From Caldicoprobacterales bacterium (lineage in GTDB: Bacteria; Bacillota; Clostridia; Caldicoprobacterales; DTU083): a DNA stretch of 64,000 nucleotides. Position 1 is the stretch's first letter. Each line of letters opens with the position of its first letter. A model generated the notes under the pieces. That model was not told the DNA's origin. It was given only the letters and a program-made list of their open reading frames with translations, and ran no database searches. Below, piece after piece: positions 35,671 to 46,111 of the stretch. The DNA is taken from positions 46,963-110,962 of the forward strand of contig JBMNJC010000014.1 of NCBI GenBank assembly GCA_050951465.1. Direction: 5' to 3'. Both the position numbers and the translations under genes were made by a program.

Positions 35671-38600
35671 TGCCCAATTGGACGAAGGAGCAACAGGCAG
35701 CAATTGATGCCAGGGGCTGTAATCTATTGGTTGCCGCTGCCGCCGGTTCAGGAAAAACTGCAGTATTGGTGGAAAGGATTACTCAGCTTTTATTAAAGGA
35801 CGGCGTGGACATAGACAGACTGCTGGTAGTAACATTTACCAATGCGGCAGCAGGGGAAATGCGGGAGAGAATTGGTGCTGCGCTTTTAAAGGCTATTGAT
35901 GAAGATATTGGTGAAGACAGCGCTCATTTAAGGCGTCAGCTCAATTTGCTGCCCAAGGCTTCCATCAGCACTATCCACTCTTTCTGCATGCAGGTTATTC
36001 GAAAATATTTCCATGTCATCAACCTGGATCCCGGTTTTCGTATCGGGGATGAAACAGAATGCCATCTATTAAAGCTGGAAGTGATGGAAGAGGTTTTGGA
36101 ATCGGAGTATGAAAAGGGAAATCCGAATTTCCTTGGACTGGTAGAAAGGTTCAGTGACAACAGGCAGGATGCAGCCCTGCAGGAGTTAGTTTTAAATTTA
36201 CATAGTTTTACTCAAAGCAAACCATTTCCTCAAGCCTGGCTGGAGGATCAGGTTCAAAACTTTGCCCTGGAAATGGATAAGCTGGATGACAGTCCATGGG
36301 TTAAGGCTCTTTTATCTTCCGTTATTATTGAAATTCAGGGGATAGTTGATTTACTAAGCGAAGCTTTAATCCTTTGTGAAAAACCCTTTGGCCCTGAGCC
36401 TTATCGGGAAAACATCCTGGATGACTTGCAGCAAATAAACGGGGTATTAATGCCTGCCGCCGGGAAGAGCCTTTCTGCTCTGCAAACAGCCTGGGGACAA
36501 ATAAACTTTTCCCGCCTGAAAACCTGCAGGAAAGATGCCGGTATTGATGAGAATTTAAAGAAAAAAGTCCGTGATTTGAGAGAACGGGCCAAAAAGGCAT
36601 TGGCGGGGTTAGGCGGGGGAATTCTGAAAAGCGGTCTTGAACAAAACATAAAACAGTTAAATGAACTGTATCCATATATGCAGTATCTTTGTGACCTGGT
36701 TAAAGAATTTGATAAGCAGTATAAGAAGCAGAAACAGGAAAAGGGCATAATCGATTATAATGATCAGGAGCACTATGCTCTGGAAATTCTGCAGCATGAA
36801 AGCGTGGCTGAAGAACTCAAGGAGAAATATGACTATATCTTCGTTGATGAATATCAGGACAGCAATTTGGTACAGGAAACCATTCTCAGTTATATTTCCA
36901 GAGGGAATAATATGTTTATGGTAGGGGATGTGAAACAGAGCATCTATCGATTCAGGCTGGCAGATCCATCTATTTTCCTTGAAAAATATGGAATTTACAG
37001 CACAAAAGCAGGCTCAGAAAACTATCGGATTGATTTAAATCGCAACTTCCGCAGCCGGCCTAATATATTATCCGGGGTCAATTATCTCTTTGAGAACATA
37101 ATGTCTGCCCAGTTAGGAGAAATGGAATATGATGAAAAAGCCGCTTTGTATCCCGGACTGGAACCGCCGGAGGCAGAGGATGAAGCCTATGATGCAATTG
37201 AGCTGCACCTGATAGAAAAGAATGAAGAAATGGGAATTGGGGACGCAAGCTTTAACGATTCCCGGGAAACCGAAGATGATGAAGACTCGGAGATGGAAGA
37301 AACAGAAGAATTAATCGATCTCAGTGATATAGAGGTAGAAGCTTCCATAGCGGCAGATCTGGTACAGCAGTTAATTGGAACCAAAATATATGACCCAAAG
37401 ATGAAAACACCCGGAAGCGGTTCTGAAAGCCGGGATTCCCGGCAGGGAGGATATCGGGAGCTGGAGTACAGGGATATTGTCCTGCTGCTGAGGACGACAA
37501 AGAATTGGGCTTCTGTCTTCCAGGATGTATTTACTGCCAGGGGTATTCCCGTATATGTGGACAGCAATACCGGCTATTTTGAAGCCCAGGAAGTGAAGAC
37601 AGTCCTTTCTCTTTTAAAAATCATTGACAATAAATTTCAGGATATACCCCTCCTTACGGTTATGCGCTCTCCCATAGGCGGGTTTGATGCCGATGATATG
37701 ATCCGCATCAGAACCGCCGGCACATCCAGGGCCTTTTATCAGGCAGCAATGGAATACGCTGATAAAAAGGACGATGAACTGGCGCTTAGGTTAAAAGGGT
37801 TCTATGAAAGAATAAGGAGATGGCAGGAGGCAGTCAGGTACCTGCCTATGGAGGACTTTATCTGGAAATTGTATACGGAATCCGGCTACCTTGATTATGT
37901 CGGAGCAATGCCGGGAGGCTTCCAGAGGCAGGCCAACCTGCGGATTCTCCTGGAGCGGGCCAGGCAGTTCCAGCAGACTTCCGTACAAGGGCTCTTTCAA
38001 TTTATCCGTTTTATCGACAGGCTGCAGAGAAGCAACGGAGATATGGGAGCGGCCAAAACCCTGGGAGAGAAGGAAAATGTTCTGCGCATCATGAGTGTTC
38101 ACAAAAGCAAGGGATTGGAATTTCCGGTTGTTATACTGGCAGGCTTGGGGAAACAGTTTAATATGTCAGATATCAAGGGAGCTGTGCTATTTCATAAAGA
38201 TCTGGGTTTGGGGCCCAGGTACGTTAACCCTGAAACCAGGCAAACATGCGATACCCTTGCAAAAATCTCCATGAAACATGTCATGCGGATGGAAAGCCTG
38301 TCGGAAGAGATGCGAGTTCTCTATGTTGCCCTTACCCGTGCCAGGGAACGTTTGATTCTTTTAGGCTCTGCCCGGGATCTGAGGAAAACCGCTGTAAAAT
38401 GGACAAAGCCCGTTAGTCCATATTCCCTTTCAGGTGCAAAGAATTATCTGGACTGGATAGGGCCGGTCTTGATGCGGCATCCTGACTGCGATACTTTAAG
38501 AGCCCTGTCGAATGAGGAGTTTACTCAGGACTTTTGGCTCCATGATTCCAGTTGGAAGGTAATGATACATAAAAGGGAAGATGCTGCAGCATATATGAGG

Positions 38601-39590
38601 GAACAGGCATGCGATCAGCGCGAATTCATAGATTGGCTTAAAAACCCTGAGGATCATATCCGCCGTTTATCCGAAGAAAAGGTGAGCAAAGGCCAAGATC
38701 AAAAGGTACATGAGGTGGATGAAGAAAGTACAGTTTATGACTATGCTGGAGTAGCAGACAAGAAAGAAAAAGAGGATAAGGCTGAGTTGGAAGTTGAAAG
38801 GCTCCGCGGCATAATAGAAGGACGTTTTTCATGGAAGTACCCTTACAGTTATGCAAGCAATATTCCCTCCAAGATGACAGTTACCGAGATCAGCAAGCTT
38901 CAGGGATTAAGAGGGGTGTCTTTCTTAAAAGAAGCCGAAGAACCGGCCCCCTCCATGATTTCCCGGGAAGATGATTTCTTCGGCAAATCTGCCGGTTTTA
39001 CTCCAAACCATATTTCTGCTTACTCCGCATCCCTGGTTTCACGCCCAAGATTCCTGGAGGGCAGCAAAAGGTTTACAGCTGCAGAGAAAGGCACTATCAT
39101 ACATTTTATTCTTCAGCACATGGATCTTAAAAGAGCCGATAATGAAGAGGATATATTAATTCAGATAAAAGAAATGACAGACAGGGAACTGTTGACAAAA
39201 GATGAGGCTGAAGCTGCCGATCTTGGAAAGATCCTGGGATTTCTGAAGAGTGATATCGGCAAGCGCATACGCAGGGCTGAAGATGTACGCCGGGAGGTTC
39301 CTTTTAACTTAAGCATCAGGGCCGATGAGATGTTTGAAGGCCTGCCCTCCGGCGAGGATACCCTTCTGATACAAGGGGTTATGGATTGTATTTTTGAAGA
39401 AGAAGGCAAATGGGTACTGGTTGACTATAAAACTGATTATATAGATTCTGAAGAAAAGCTGAGCCAGGTAATAGAGCGCTACCGAACCCAGATGGACCTT
39501 TATGCACTGGCTTTGGAGCAGATTACAGGCAGACCTGTAAAAGAGAAGATTTTGTACCTTCTGCATATCAATCGCGGAGTAAATCTATAA
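35670..39590 (+). CDS. addA: Helicase-exonuclease AddAB, subunit AddA
   Basis: The ATG overlaps the addB stop (TGATG). 1306 aa. Walker A AAAGSGKT, VDEYQDSN, and a C-terminal nuclease LVDYKTD. Confidence 0.95.
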   Translation: MPNWTKEQQAAIDARGCNLLVAAAAGSGKTAVLVERITQLLLKDGVDIDRLLVVTFTNAAAGEMRERIGAALLKAIDEDIGEDSAHLRRQLNLLPKASISTIHSFCMQVIRKYFHVINLDPGFRIGDETECHLLKLEVMEEVLESEYEKGNPNFLGLVERFSDNRQDAALQELVLNLHSFTQSKPFPQAWLEDQVQNFALEMDKLDDSPWVKALLSSVIIEIQGIVDLLSEALILCEKPFGPEPYRENILDDLQQINGVLMPAAGKSLSALQTAWGQINFSRLKTCRKDAGIDENLKKKVRDLRERAKKALAGLGGGILKSGLEQNIKQLNELYPYMQYLCDLVKEFDKQYKKQKQEKGIIDYNDQEHYALEILQHESVAEELKEKYDYIFVDEYQDSNLVQETILSYISRGNNMFMVGDVKQSIYRFRLADPSIFLEKYGIYSTKAGSENYRIDLNRNFRSRPNILSGVNYLFENIMSAQLGEMEYDEKAALYPGLEPPEAEDEAYDAIELHLIEKNEEMGIGDASFNDSRETEDDEDSEMEETEELIDLSDIEVEASIAADLVQQLIGTKIYDPKMKTPGSGSESRDSRQGGYRELEYRDIVLLLRTTKNWASVFQDVFTARGIPVYVDSNTGYFEAQEVKTVLSLLKIIDNKFQDIPLLTVMRSPIGGFDADDMIRIRTAGTSRAFYQAAMEYADKKDDELALRLKGFYERIRRWQEAVRYLPMEDFIWKLYTESGYLDYVGAMPGGFQRQANLRILLERARQFQQTSVQGLFQFIRFIDRLQRSNGDMGAAKTLGEKENVLRIMSVHKSKGLEFPVVILAGLGKQFNMSDIKGAVLFHKDLGLGPRYVNPETRQTCDTLAKISMKHVMRMESLSEEMRVLYVALTRARERLILLGSARDLRKTAVKWTKPVSPYSLSGAKNYLDWIGPVLMRHPDCDTLRALSNEEFTQDFWLHDSSWKVMIHKREDAAAYMREQACDQREFIDWLKNPEDHIRRLSEEKVSKGQDQKVHEVDEESTVYDYAGVADKKEKEDKAELEVERLRGIIEGRFSWKYPYSYASNIPSKMTVTEISKLQGLRGVSFLKEAEEPAPSMISREDDFFGKSAGFTPNHISAYSASLVSRPRFLEGSKRFTAAEKGTIIHFILQHMDLKRADNEEDILIQIKEMTDRELLTKDEAEAADLGKILGFLKSDIGKRIRRAEDVRREVPFNLSIRADEMFEGLPSGEDTLLIQGVMDCIFEEEGKWVLVDYKTDYIDSEEKLSQVIERYRTQMDLYALALEQITGRPVKEKILYLLHINRGVNL

Positions 39591-39617
39591 ATATCTAAAC
39601 GCTAAGGAGGCGGCCAT

Positions 39618-40733
39618 ATGAATAAGTCTTTCCTTGAACAGATTGAGACCCCCTGCATAGTTATTGATTTGGAAAAGGCAAAAAACAACTTACGTAAAAT
39701 GCAGGCGTTTGCGGATCAGTGTAAGTGTAAATTAAGGCCCCATATTAAAACCCATAAGATGATATCTCTGGCAAAGCTGCAGTTGGAATACGGTGCCGCA
39801 GGCATTACCTGCGCCAAAATATCAGAAGCAGAGGTAATGGCAGAAGGAGGAATGGATGATATCTTTCTTGCCTATCCTTTGGTAGGGGATTTCCGGCTTA
39901 AAAGGGCGGTTAAACTGGCTGAAAAAGTAAAGAGGCTGATCATAGCTGTAGACAGCTTTGAAGGGGCCTTGGCCCTTAACCGGGCAGCAGAAAATGCAGG
40001 TGTGACTTTTGAAGTCCGCCTGGAAGTTGATACCGGGGCTAAGCGTACCGGTGTAATAAAGGAGGAAGCTGCTGCTTTGGCGAAAAAAATTCACGGACTG
40101 TCCAATCTGAATTTAACCGGCATTTTTACTTTCAAAAGCTTGATCTATAAAGGTAAGCCTGCCACGGATCCTGAGCTAGCCGGTCGGGAAGAAGGGCAGC
40201 TGTTGAGTGAAATTGCTGAGGAGATAAGGGCAGCCGGTGTTCCAATTAAGGATATCAGCGCAGGCTCGACCCCTACAGGCAAACAAGTTGCGCAAACCGG
40301 TTTGGTAAACGAAATCCGTCCGGGTACATATATTTTCAATGATTATATGCTATACAGGCAAGGCGTGGTTCAATTGGACGAGATAGCCGCCCACTTTTAT
40401 GCCACTGTTGTCAGCACGCCCAGGGATGATTATGCGGTGATTGACGGCGGATCTAAAACCTTTCCCATGGATATCCCCCTTAATACAGCGCCCTATTATT
40501 ATCCATCCTATGCCATTGTAGAGGGCAATGAGGACTTACAGCTTTTAAGGATGAATGAAGAACACGGCATCCTTACCAGCCGGAAAGGATATACCGGACT
40601 TAAAGTAGGACAAAAGATAAAACTGATACCCATACATATTTGTCCTGCAATTAATATGCAGAATCAGGTTTATATTTTGGATAATGGCGCCTTGTATGAG
40701 CAAAAGGTGGATGCCAGGGGAATGCTGGTTTAG
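39618..40733 (+). CDS. PLP enzyme of the alanine-racemase-fold D-serine dehydratase / D-threonine aldolase (DSD1) family
   Basis: 371 aa, AAGGAGG SD. PLP-lysine context is LRPHIKTHK. Has an Ala_racemase_N-like barrel plus a C-terminal beta domain. Confidence 0.8.
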   Translation: MNKSFLEQIETPCIVIDLEKAKNNLRKMQAFADQCKCKLRPHIKTHKMISLAKLQLEYGAAGITCAKISEAEVMAEGGMDDIFLAYPLVGDFRLKRAVKLAEKVKRLIIAVDSFEGALALNRAAENAGVTFEVRLEVDTGAKRTGVIKEEAAALAKKIHGLSNLNLTGIFTFKSLIYKGKPATDPELAGREEGQLLSEIAEEIRAAGVPIKDISAGSTPTGKQVAQTGLVNEIRPGTYIFNDYMLYRQGVVQLDEIAAHFYATVVSTPRDDYAVIDGGSKTFPMDIPLNTAPYYYPSYAIVEGNEDLQLLRMNEEHGILTSRKGYTGLKVGQKIKLIPIHICPAINMQNQVYILDNGALYEQKVDARGMLV

Positions 40734-40795
40734 CATCACCTTACGGTATTTATATATAGCAAAGATTACAGCAGAGAAAAGAGGCTGGACATTAA

Positions 40796-42439
40796 GTGAA
40801 GGTATTGATACTGAACGGAAAGATTATAGATGGAACAGGCAGCAAGCCGTATTTTGGCAATTTACTGATAAAGGATGACCGGATAGCCCTTATAGAAAAA
40901 ATTGATACAGCCCTTTCCAGAGAAGCTGTCAAAGAGAAAATTGCATCCTTTGATGCGGATATTGTTATAGATGCGGATCAGAAAGCTGTAGCCCCCGGTT
41001 TCATAGATATACACCGCCATTTGGATCTGGCGGCTGTTTTTGATCCTGATTTCGGAAGATTGGAACTTGCCCAGGGTATTACCACTGCTTTGGGAGGAAA
41101 CTGCGGCCTGACTCCTTATCCCTATACTAAAGCTTACGGAGAGCAAATGATGGCATATATTTCCCCTGTTGTAGGAAGTGCTCCCAAAGGCACCCGGTTT
41201 TCTGACTACCAGTCCTATTACACTGCACTTGAGAAGGCTGATCCCTTAATTCATACCGGGACAATGTTGGGAACCGGTTCTGTGAGAACGGCCGTGAAGG
41301 GATATGAAAAAGGGCCTTATACTCCTGAAGAGATGGAAAAGGCCAAGGCTTATATAAGAGAGGCTATGGAAGCAGGTGCTTTTGGGATTTCCATGGGCAT
41401 CATGTATATCCCTGAGTGTTATTCATCCAGGCGGGAACTGGTGGAACTGGCTAAGGAGGCAGCAAAATATAACCGCATTCTCACCTGCCACATGAGGGGG
41501 GAAGGCGACAGTCTGGTTTCTTCCACAGAAGAGGCAATACAAATAGGGCGGGAAGCCGCTATGCCTGTAAATATCAGCCACTTTAAGTCTGTTGGACTTA
41601 AGAATTGGAATAAGGCCATTCACAAAGCCATCGAAAAGATTGAAGACGCCAGGGCAGCAGGACAAGAGGTAACAGTAGATTTTTACCCCTATACAGGAGG
41701 AGCTACCACATTAATGAGCATGCTTCCGCCTGATATGGTAAAATCCAATGTAAAGGATACCCTTGATGAATTATCTTCCCAAAGAGGTTTTGACAGATTT
41801 AAAAAAGAAATCTATCAGGATCATGACGGGTGGGACAATATGGTATTAAACATTGGCTGGGACAGGATTATTATAAGCTCCCTGAATCAACCGGCCAACA
41901 AGGAATACATGGGAATGTCCCTGCAGGAAATAGCTGATGACAACGGTATTGATGATCCGGCGGATGTCATGCGTGAACTTCTGGTGTCAGAAGAAGGGAA
42001 AGTAGGCGTTATTCAGATGAGCATGAGTCAGGAAGATGTTGATACCATTGCAAAACTGCCCTATTCCAAAATCATTTCCGATGCCTTATATGATGATACC
42101 GACTCACCTCATCCCAGATTGTACGGCGCTTTTCCCAAAGCTATCCGTGATTATGCAATAAACAGGAGAATTCTGCCTCTGGAGACGGTAATCAGGAAGA
42201 TGACGAAAATGCCGGCAGAAACCTTTGGAATAAAGGGCAGGGGCGAAATAGCCCTTGGCAGTTATGCCGATATAAATATATTTGATCCTCAGGTCTTTAA
42301 GGATATGGCCACCTGGAAAAGGCCGAGGCAGAAAGCTGAAGGGCTTGATATGACCTTCCTGGACGGAAGGCTTGCCTGGAATGAGGGAAGACCGACCCGG
42401 GCATATAAGGGAGGCGCAATTAAAGTAACCGGCGAATGA
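40796..42439 (+). CDS. D-aminoacylase (N-acyl-D-amino-acid deacylase), amidohydrolase superfamily
   Basis: GTG start. N-terminus VLILNGKIIDGTG...LLIKDDRI and metal motif GFIDIHRH. 547 aa, typical of the family. Confidence 0.85.
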   Translation: MKVLILNGKIIDGTGSKPYFGNLLIKDDRIALIEKIDTALSREAVKEKIASFDADIVIDADQKAVAPGFIDIHRHLDLAAVFDPDFGRLELAQGITTALGGNCGLTPYPYTKAYGEQMMAYISPVVGSAPKGTRFSDYQSYYTALEKADPLIHTGTMLGTGSVRTAVKGYEKGPYTPEEMEKAKAYIREAMEAGAFGISMGIMYIPECYSSRRELVELAKEAAKYNRILTCHMRGEGDSLVSSTEEAIQIGREAAMPVNISHFKSVGLKNWNKAIHKAIEKIEDARAAGQEVTVDFYPYTGGATTLMSMLPPDMVKSNVKDTLDELSSQRGFDRFKKEIYQDHDGWDNMVLNIGWDRIIISSLNQPANKEYMGMSLQEIADDNGIDDPADVMRELLVSEEGKVGVIQMSMSQEDVDTIAKLPYSKIISDALYDDTDSPHPRLYGAFPKAIRDYAINRRILPLETVIRKMTKMPAETFGIKGRGEIALGSYADINIFDPQVFKDMATWKRPRQKAEGLDMTFLDGRLAWNEGRPTRAYKGGAIKVTGE

Positions 42440-42534
42440 TTGTCACAAATAATCATAGTGATATATAAACATAGTGACATATCACCGGTAATAATTTAAA
42501 TCTATTATATCCTTAATGAGAAAGGAAGGTAAAA

Positions 42535-42996
42535 ATGGACGTTTATGCAAGAATGAAGGATTTAGGTATCACCCTGCCGGAGCCGCCCGCTAAAGCAGGA
42601 CTTTACGCGCAGGCAAAGGAGTTTGGGCCTAACCTGGTTTATATATCAGGCTGCGGACCCGCTGTCGAAGGGCAGACTCCTCTCGGAAAGCTGGGCGCTG
42701 ACTTAACACTGGAGCAGGGATATAATTGTGCTCGAAACGCTATGCTGAATGTGCTGGCTGTTTTGGAAAAACATATAGGGGACTTGAACAGGGTGAAAAA
42801 TGTGGCAAAGATTCTGGTTTTTGTTGCATCGGCGGATGATTTCTACCAGCAGCCGCAGGTAGCAAACGGTGCCAGCCAGGTACTGATCGACGTATTTGGA
42901 GAGGAAGTTGGAATTCCTTCCCGTTCAGCAGTGGGTACAAATGCTCTGCCCGGCAATATACCCGTAGAAGTGGAAGCCTTGTTTGAGCTGAAATAA
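42535..42996 (+). CDS. RidA/YjgF family reactive-intermediate deaminase
   Basis: 153 aa. YjgF-fold pattern (ISGCGP...; PSRSAVGTNALPGNIPVEVEALF). Confidence 0.88.
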   Translation: MDVYARMKDLGITLPEPPAKAGLYAQAKEFGPNLVYISGCGPAVEGQTPLGKLGADLTLEQGYNCARNAMLNVLAVLEKHIGDLNRVKNVAKILVFVASADDFYQQPQVANGASQVLIDVFGEEVGIPSRSAVGTNALPGNIPVEVEALFELK

Positions 42997-43161
42997 ATAA
43001 TATCTAATAATCTAGCATGATAAAATCCTGTATGATGCAAGTAATAAATCGGAAATTGCCAAAGTTTCCTATAGAGAAAATACAGTTGTATTATTCTCTC
43101 AGGGCATATATAATAGACTTTGCATTTTAAAATATTTGAAAATCATAGAGGGATATTTATC

Positions 43162-44568
43162 ATGCTGAAATACTTGTTTCAGGATAGAAAATTTTATAGA
43201 ACCTTACTGATATTGGCCATACCAATCGCGGCACAGAATTTTGTAGCATCCACCGTCAATATGGTTGACACCATCATGATCGGGCAACTGGGGGAAACTG
43301 AAATAGCAGCGGTTGGTCAGGCCAATCAGCTGTTTTTTTTGTTTGCTCTTATGCTGTTTGGGGTCAACAGCGGCTCATCCATTTTTACAGCCCAGTATTG
43401 GGGTGTAAGAGATGTAAAAAATATAAGAAGGGTATTGGGTCTGTGTCTGATTTCGTCCGGTATCGTGTCAGTGCTTTTTATGATTCCGGCCTTGTTTTTC
43501 CCTGCGCAAGTAATGAGGATTTACTCCAAGGATCCGGCCGTTATTGATGCAGGAGTCAGATACCTGCGCATTATAGGATGGAGCTACATCGTTACAGCCA
43601 TCAGCTTTTCTTATGCTTCCGTATTAAGAAGCACAGAACAACCCAGGCTGCCCATGGTAATGAGCATTGTGGCCCTTATCACCAATGCTGTTTTAAATTA
43701 TATAATGATTTTTGGGAAACTGGGCTTCCCTGCCATGGGAGTAGAAGGTGCGGCTCTTGCAACCTTGATTGCCAGGGTGCTTGAGATGGCGCTTATGGTA
43801 ATTTTCGTATATGCCGGCAAGTATGTGCCGGCAGCCCGCATCAGGGAATTGTTCGATTTGTCCCGAAACTTCGTTGCCCGTTTCTTTCGTACTGCAACCC
43901 CGGTTATTCTCAATGAATCCATCTGGTCCCTGGGAGTATCAATATACTCTGTAATATACGGCCGTATAGGCACCAATGCAGTAGCAGCGGTAAATATATC
44001 AGGCTCTGTTATAAACCTGGCAATGGTACTCTTCCAGGCCATGAGCAATGCGTCCGGAATTATAATAGGTAATCGGATCGGCGGAGGGGACGAGGACAAG
44101 GCCTATTTATATGCCAAACGGCTGCTCACTTTAGGCCCGGTTTTTGCTGTTTTCATGGGAAGCTTATTAATGCTGACAAGTGATTTCTTTGTAAGCTTTT
44201 ATAAGGTAACAGCTGATGTTCACCAAAACTCTGTAAGAATACTTATGATATTCAGTATTCTCATGCCTATTCGAATATTCAACCTGATTAATATAGTGGG
44301 CGTGCTCAGAAGCGGCGGGGATACAAAATACTCCTTATTCCTGGATACCATAGGAGTCTGGTTTATCAGTATTCCCCTGGCCATGTTCGGGGCACTGTAC
44401 CTCCGCCTTCCTGTTTACTGGGTTTATCTGCTGGTAGGGATGGAAGAAGTATTTAAGGCTGCCCTTGGGTTAAGACGCTTCCGTTCCAGGAAGTGGATCA
44501 ACAATCTGGTGAAAAGTGAGGTTATGCAGGAAGAGGCGGACAAGGAACCTGCTCCAACCATGTATTAA
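43162..44568 (+). CDS. MATE family efflux transporter
   Basis: ATG 43162 after AGAGGGA. 12-TM pattern and ILAIPIAAQNFVASTVNMVDTIMIGQLGE N-terminus. Confidence 0.9.
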   Translation: MLKYLFQDRKFYRTLLILAIPIAAQNFVASTVNMVDTIMIGQLGETEIAAVGQANQLFFLFALMLFGVNSGSSIFTAQYWGVRDVKNIRRVLGLCLISSGIVSVLFMIPALFFPAQVMRIYSKDPAVIDAGVRYLRIIGWSYIVTAISFSYASVLRSTEQPRLPMVMSIVALITNAVLNYIMIFGKLGFPAMGVEGAALATLIARVLEMALMVIFVYAGKYVPAARIRELFDLSRNFVARFFRTATPVILNESIWSLGVSIYSVIYGRIGTNAVAAVNISGSVINLAMVLFQAMSNASGIIIGNRIGGGDEDKAYLYAKRLLTLGPVFAVFMGSLLMLTSDFFVSFYKVTADVHQNSVRILMIFSILMPIRIFNLINIVGVLRSGGDTKYSLFLDTIGVWFISIPLAMFGALYLRLPVYWVYLLVGMEEVFKAALGLRRFRSRKWINNLVKSEVMQEEADKEPAPTMY

Positions 44569-44607
44569 AAAACCCCTGGGTATGTAATCATGCCCAAGGG
44601 TTTTTTT
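44567..44607. terminator. Bidirectional rho-independent terminator
   Basis: 16-bp imperfect stem AAAACCCCTGGGTATG / CATGCCCAAGGGTTTT (2 mismatches) with loop TAAT, an A-run on the left and T7 on the right. Confidence 0.8.
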
Positions 44608-44613
44608 AATATT

Positions 44614-45849
44614 TTATCGCATTTTGTTATAAGCCTTTTGGTCATATTCGGAGAGGAAAGAAGCAATAAGCTGAATGGCCTTTTTCAATTCTTCTTTTGG
44701 AGGCAGGAAGACCAAACGGAAATGATCCGGATTGGGCCAGTTAAAACCTGTACCCTGAACCAACAACACCTTTTTTTCCACCAGAAGATCCCTTACAAAC
44801 ATCATGTCATCTTCAATGTTAAATTTCTTTACATCAATCTTAGGAAAGGCATAAAAAGCGCCCTTTGGTTTAATGCACGAAATTCCCGGAATGTCGTTTA
44901 ACATTTCGTAGGTTAGATCACGCTGCTGCCTGAGCCTGCCTCCGGGCACAATATATTCATTGATACTCTGGTATCCTCCTAATGCGGTTTGTATGGTGTA
45001 CTGAGCCAGAGCATTACTGCAGAGCCGCATAGAGGCCAGCATGGTAAGTCCTTCAATATAGTCTTTGGCATCTGATTTCTTGCCGCTTAAGACCATCCAG
45101 CCTGCTCTGAAACCGGCAATGCGGTGAGACTTGGACAAGCCGTTAAAGGTTACACACAGAACACCTTTGGTAAGAGAAGCCGCGGAATAGTGTTTTTCAT
45201 CATCATAAAGGATCTTATCGTAGATTTCATCGGAAAAAAGGATTAGATCATGTTCCTCAGCCAGCTTGACTATGTCCATTAATACGGATTTGGGATAAAC
45301 AGCACCGGTTGGATTGTTCGGGTTTATAATCACAATACCCTTTGTATTGGGGGTAATTTTTCTCTTCATATCATCAATATCCGGATACCAGTCAGACTTT
45401 TCATCACAGAGATAATGAACCGGGGTACCGCCGGCCAAATTTATGGAGGCGGTCCAAAGGGGATAATCCGGTGCCGGTACAAGTATTTCGTCACCATGAT
45501 CCAGCAGAGCCTGCATGGACATCATAATTAACTCGCTGACACCGTTTCCCAGATAAATATCATTAACGGTAACATCTTCGATATTTTTTTGCTGGCAATA
45601 CTGCATTATGGCTTTTCTGGCCGGGAATATGCCTTTTGAATCTGTATAGCCTTGTGCATTTCGGATATTGTATATTACATCATGTATAATTTCATCCGGC
45701 GCTTCAAAGCCGAAAGGCGCCGGGTTGCCTATATTCAACTTAATTATTTTGTAGCCTTCCTCTTCCATGCGGATGGCTTCATCCATTACGGGGCCTCGGA
45801 TATCATAAAGAACATTGTCCAGTTTGCTGGATTTTTTAATAATAGACAT
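44614..45849 (-). CDS. Class I/II PLP aminotransferase (alanine aminotransferase AlaA-like)
   Basis: 411 aa, GAGGAGG SD. N-terminus YDIRGPV...KLNIGNPAPFGF and PLP lysine box NGLSKSHRIAGFRAGW. Confidence 0.92.
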   Translation of the reverse strand: MSIIKKSSKLDNVLYDIRGPVMDEAIRMEEEGYKIIKLNIGNPAPFGFEAPDEIIHDVIYNIRNAQGYTDSKGIFPARKAIMQYCQQKNIEDVTVNDIYLGNGVSELIMMSMQALLDHGDEILVPAPDYPLWTASINLAGGTPVHYLCDEKSDWYPDIDDMKRKITPNTKGIVIINPNNPTGAVYPKSVLMDIVKLAEEHDLILFSDEIYDKILYDDEKHYSAASLTKGVLCVTFNGLSKSHRIAGFRAGWMVLSGKKSDAKDYIEGLTMLASMRLCSNALAQYTIQTALGGYQSINEYIVPGGRLRQQRDLTYEMLNDIPGISCIKPKGAFYAFPKIDVKKFNIEDDMMFVRDLLVEKKVLLVQGTGFNWPNPDHFRLVFLPPKEELKKAIQLIASFLSEYDQKAYNKMR

Positions 45850-46111
45850 GTTTAAGCCTCCTCAGAGCCGAATATAATCTGTTCACAATTATATAGAAAT
45901 AATTTGTCAAAATCAAGAAAACAATGTTTGCTTTCTGTAGAAAAGATCCAAAAACTATAGTAAACTATATTTAGTTTATTTTAAGGAAATTCATGGTCTT
46001 GATCAGTCTCTGCAATTTACAATTCGTGTAAAAGATTTGACTCCTTATAATTATTTAATTGACTCAAGTTCTGAAATATTCACCTGAATCCATTAGTTTT
46101 TCTTTAACAGA

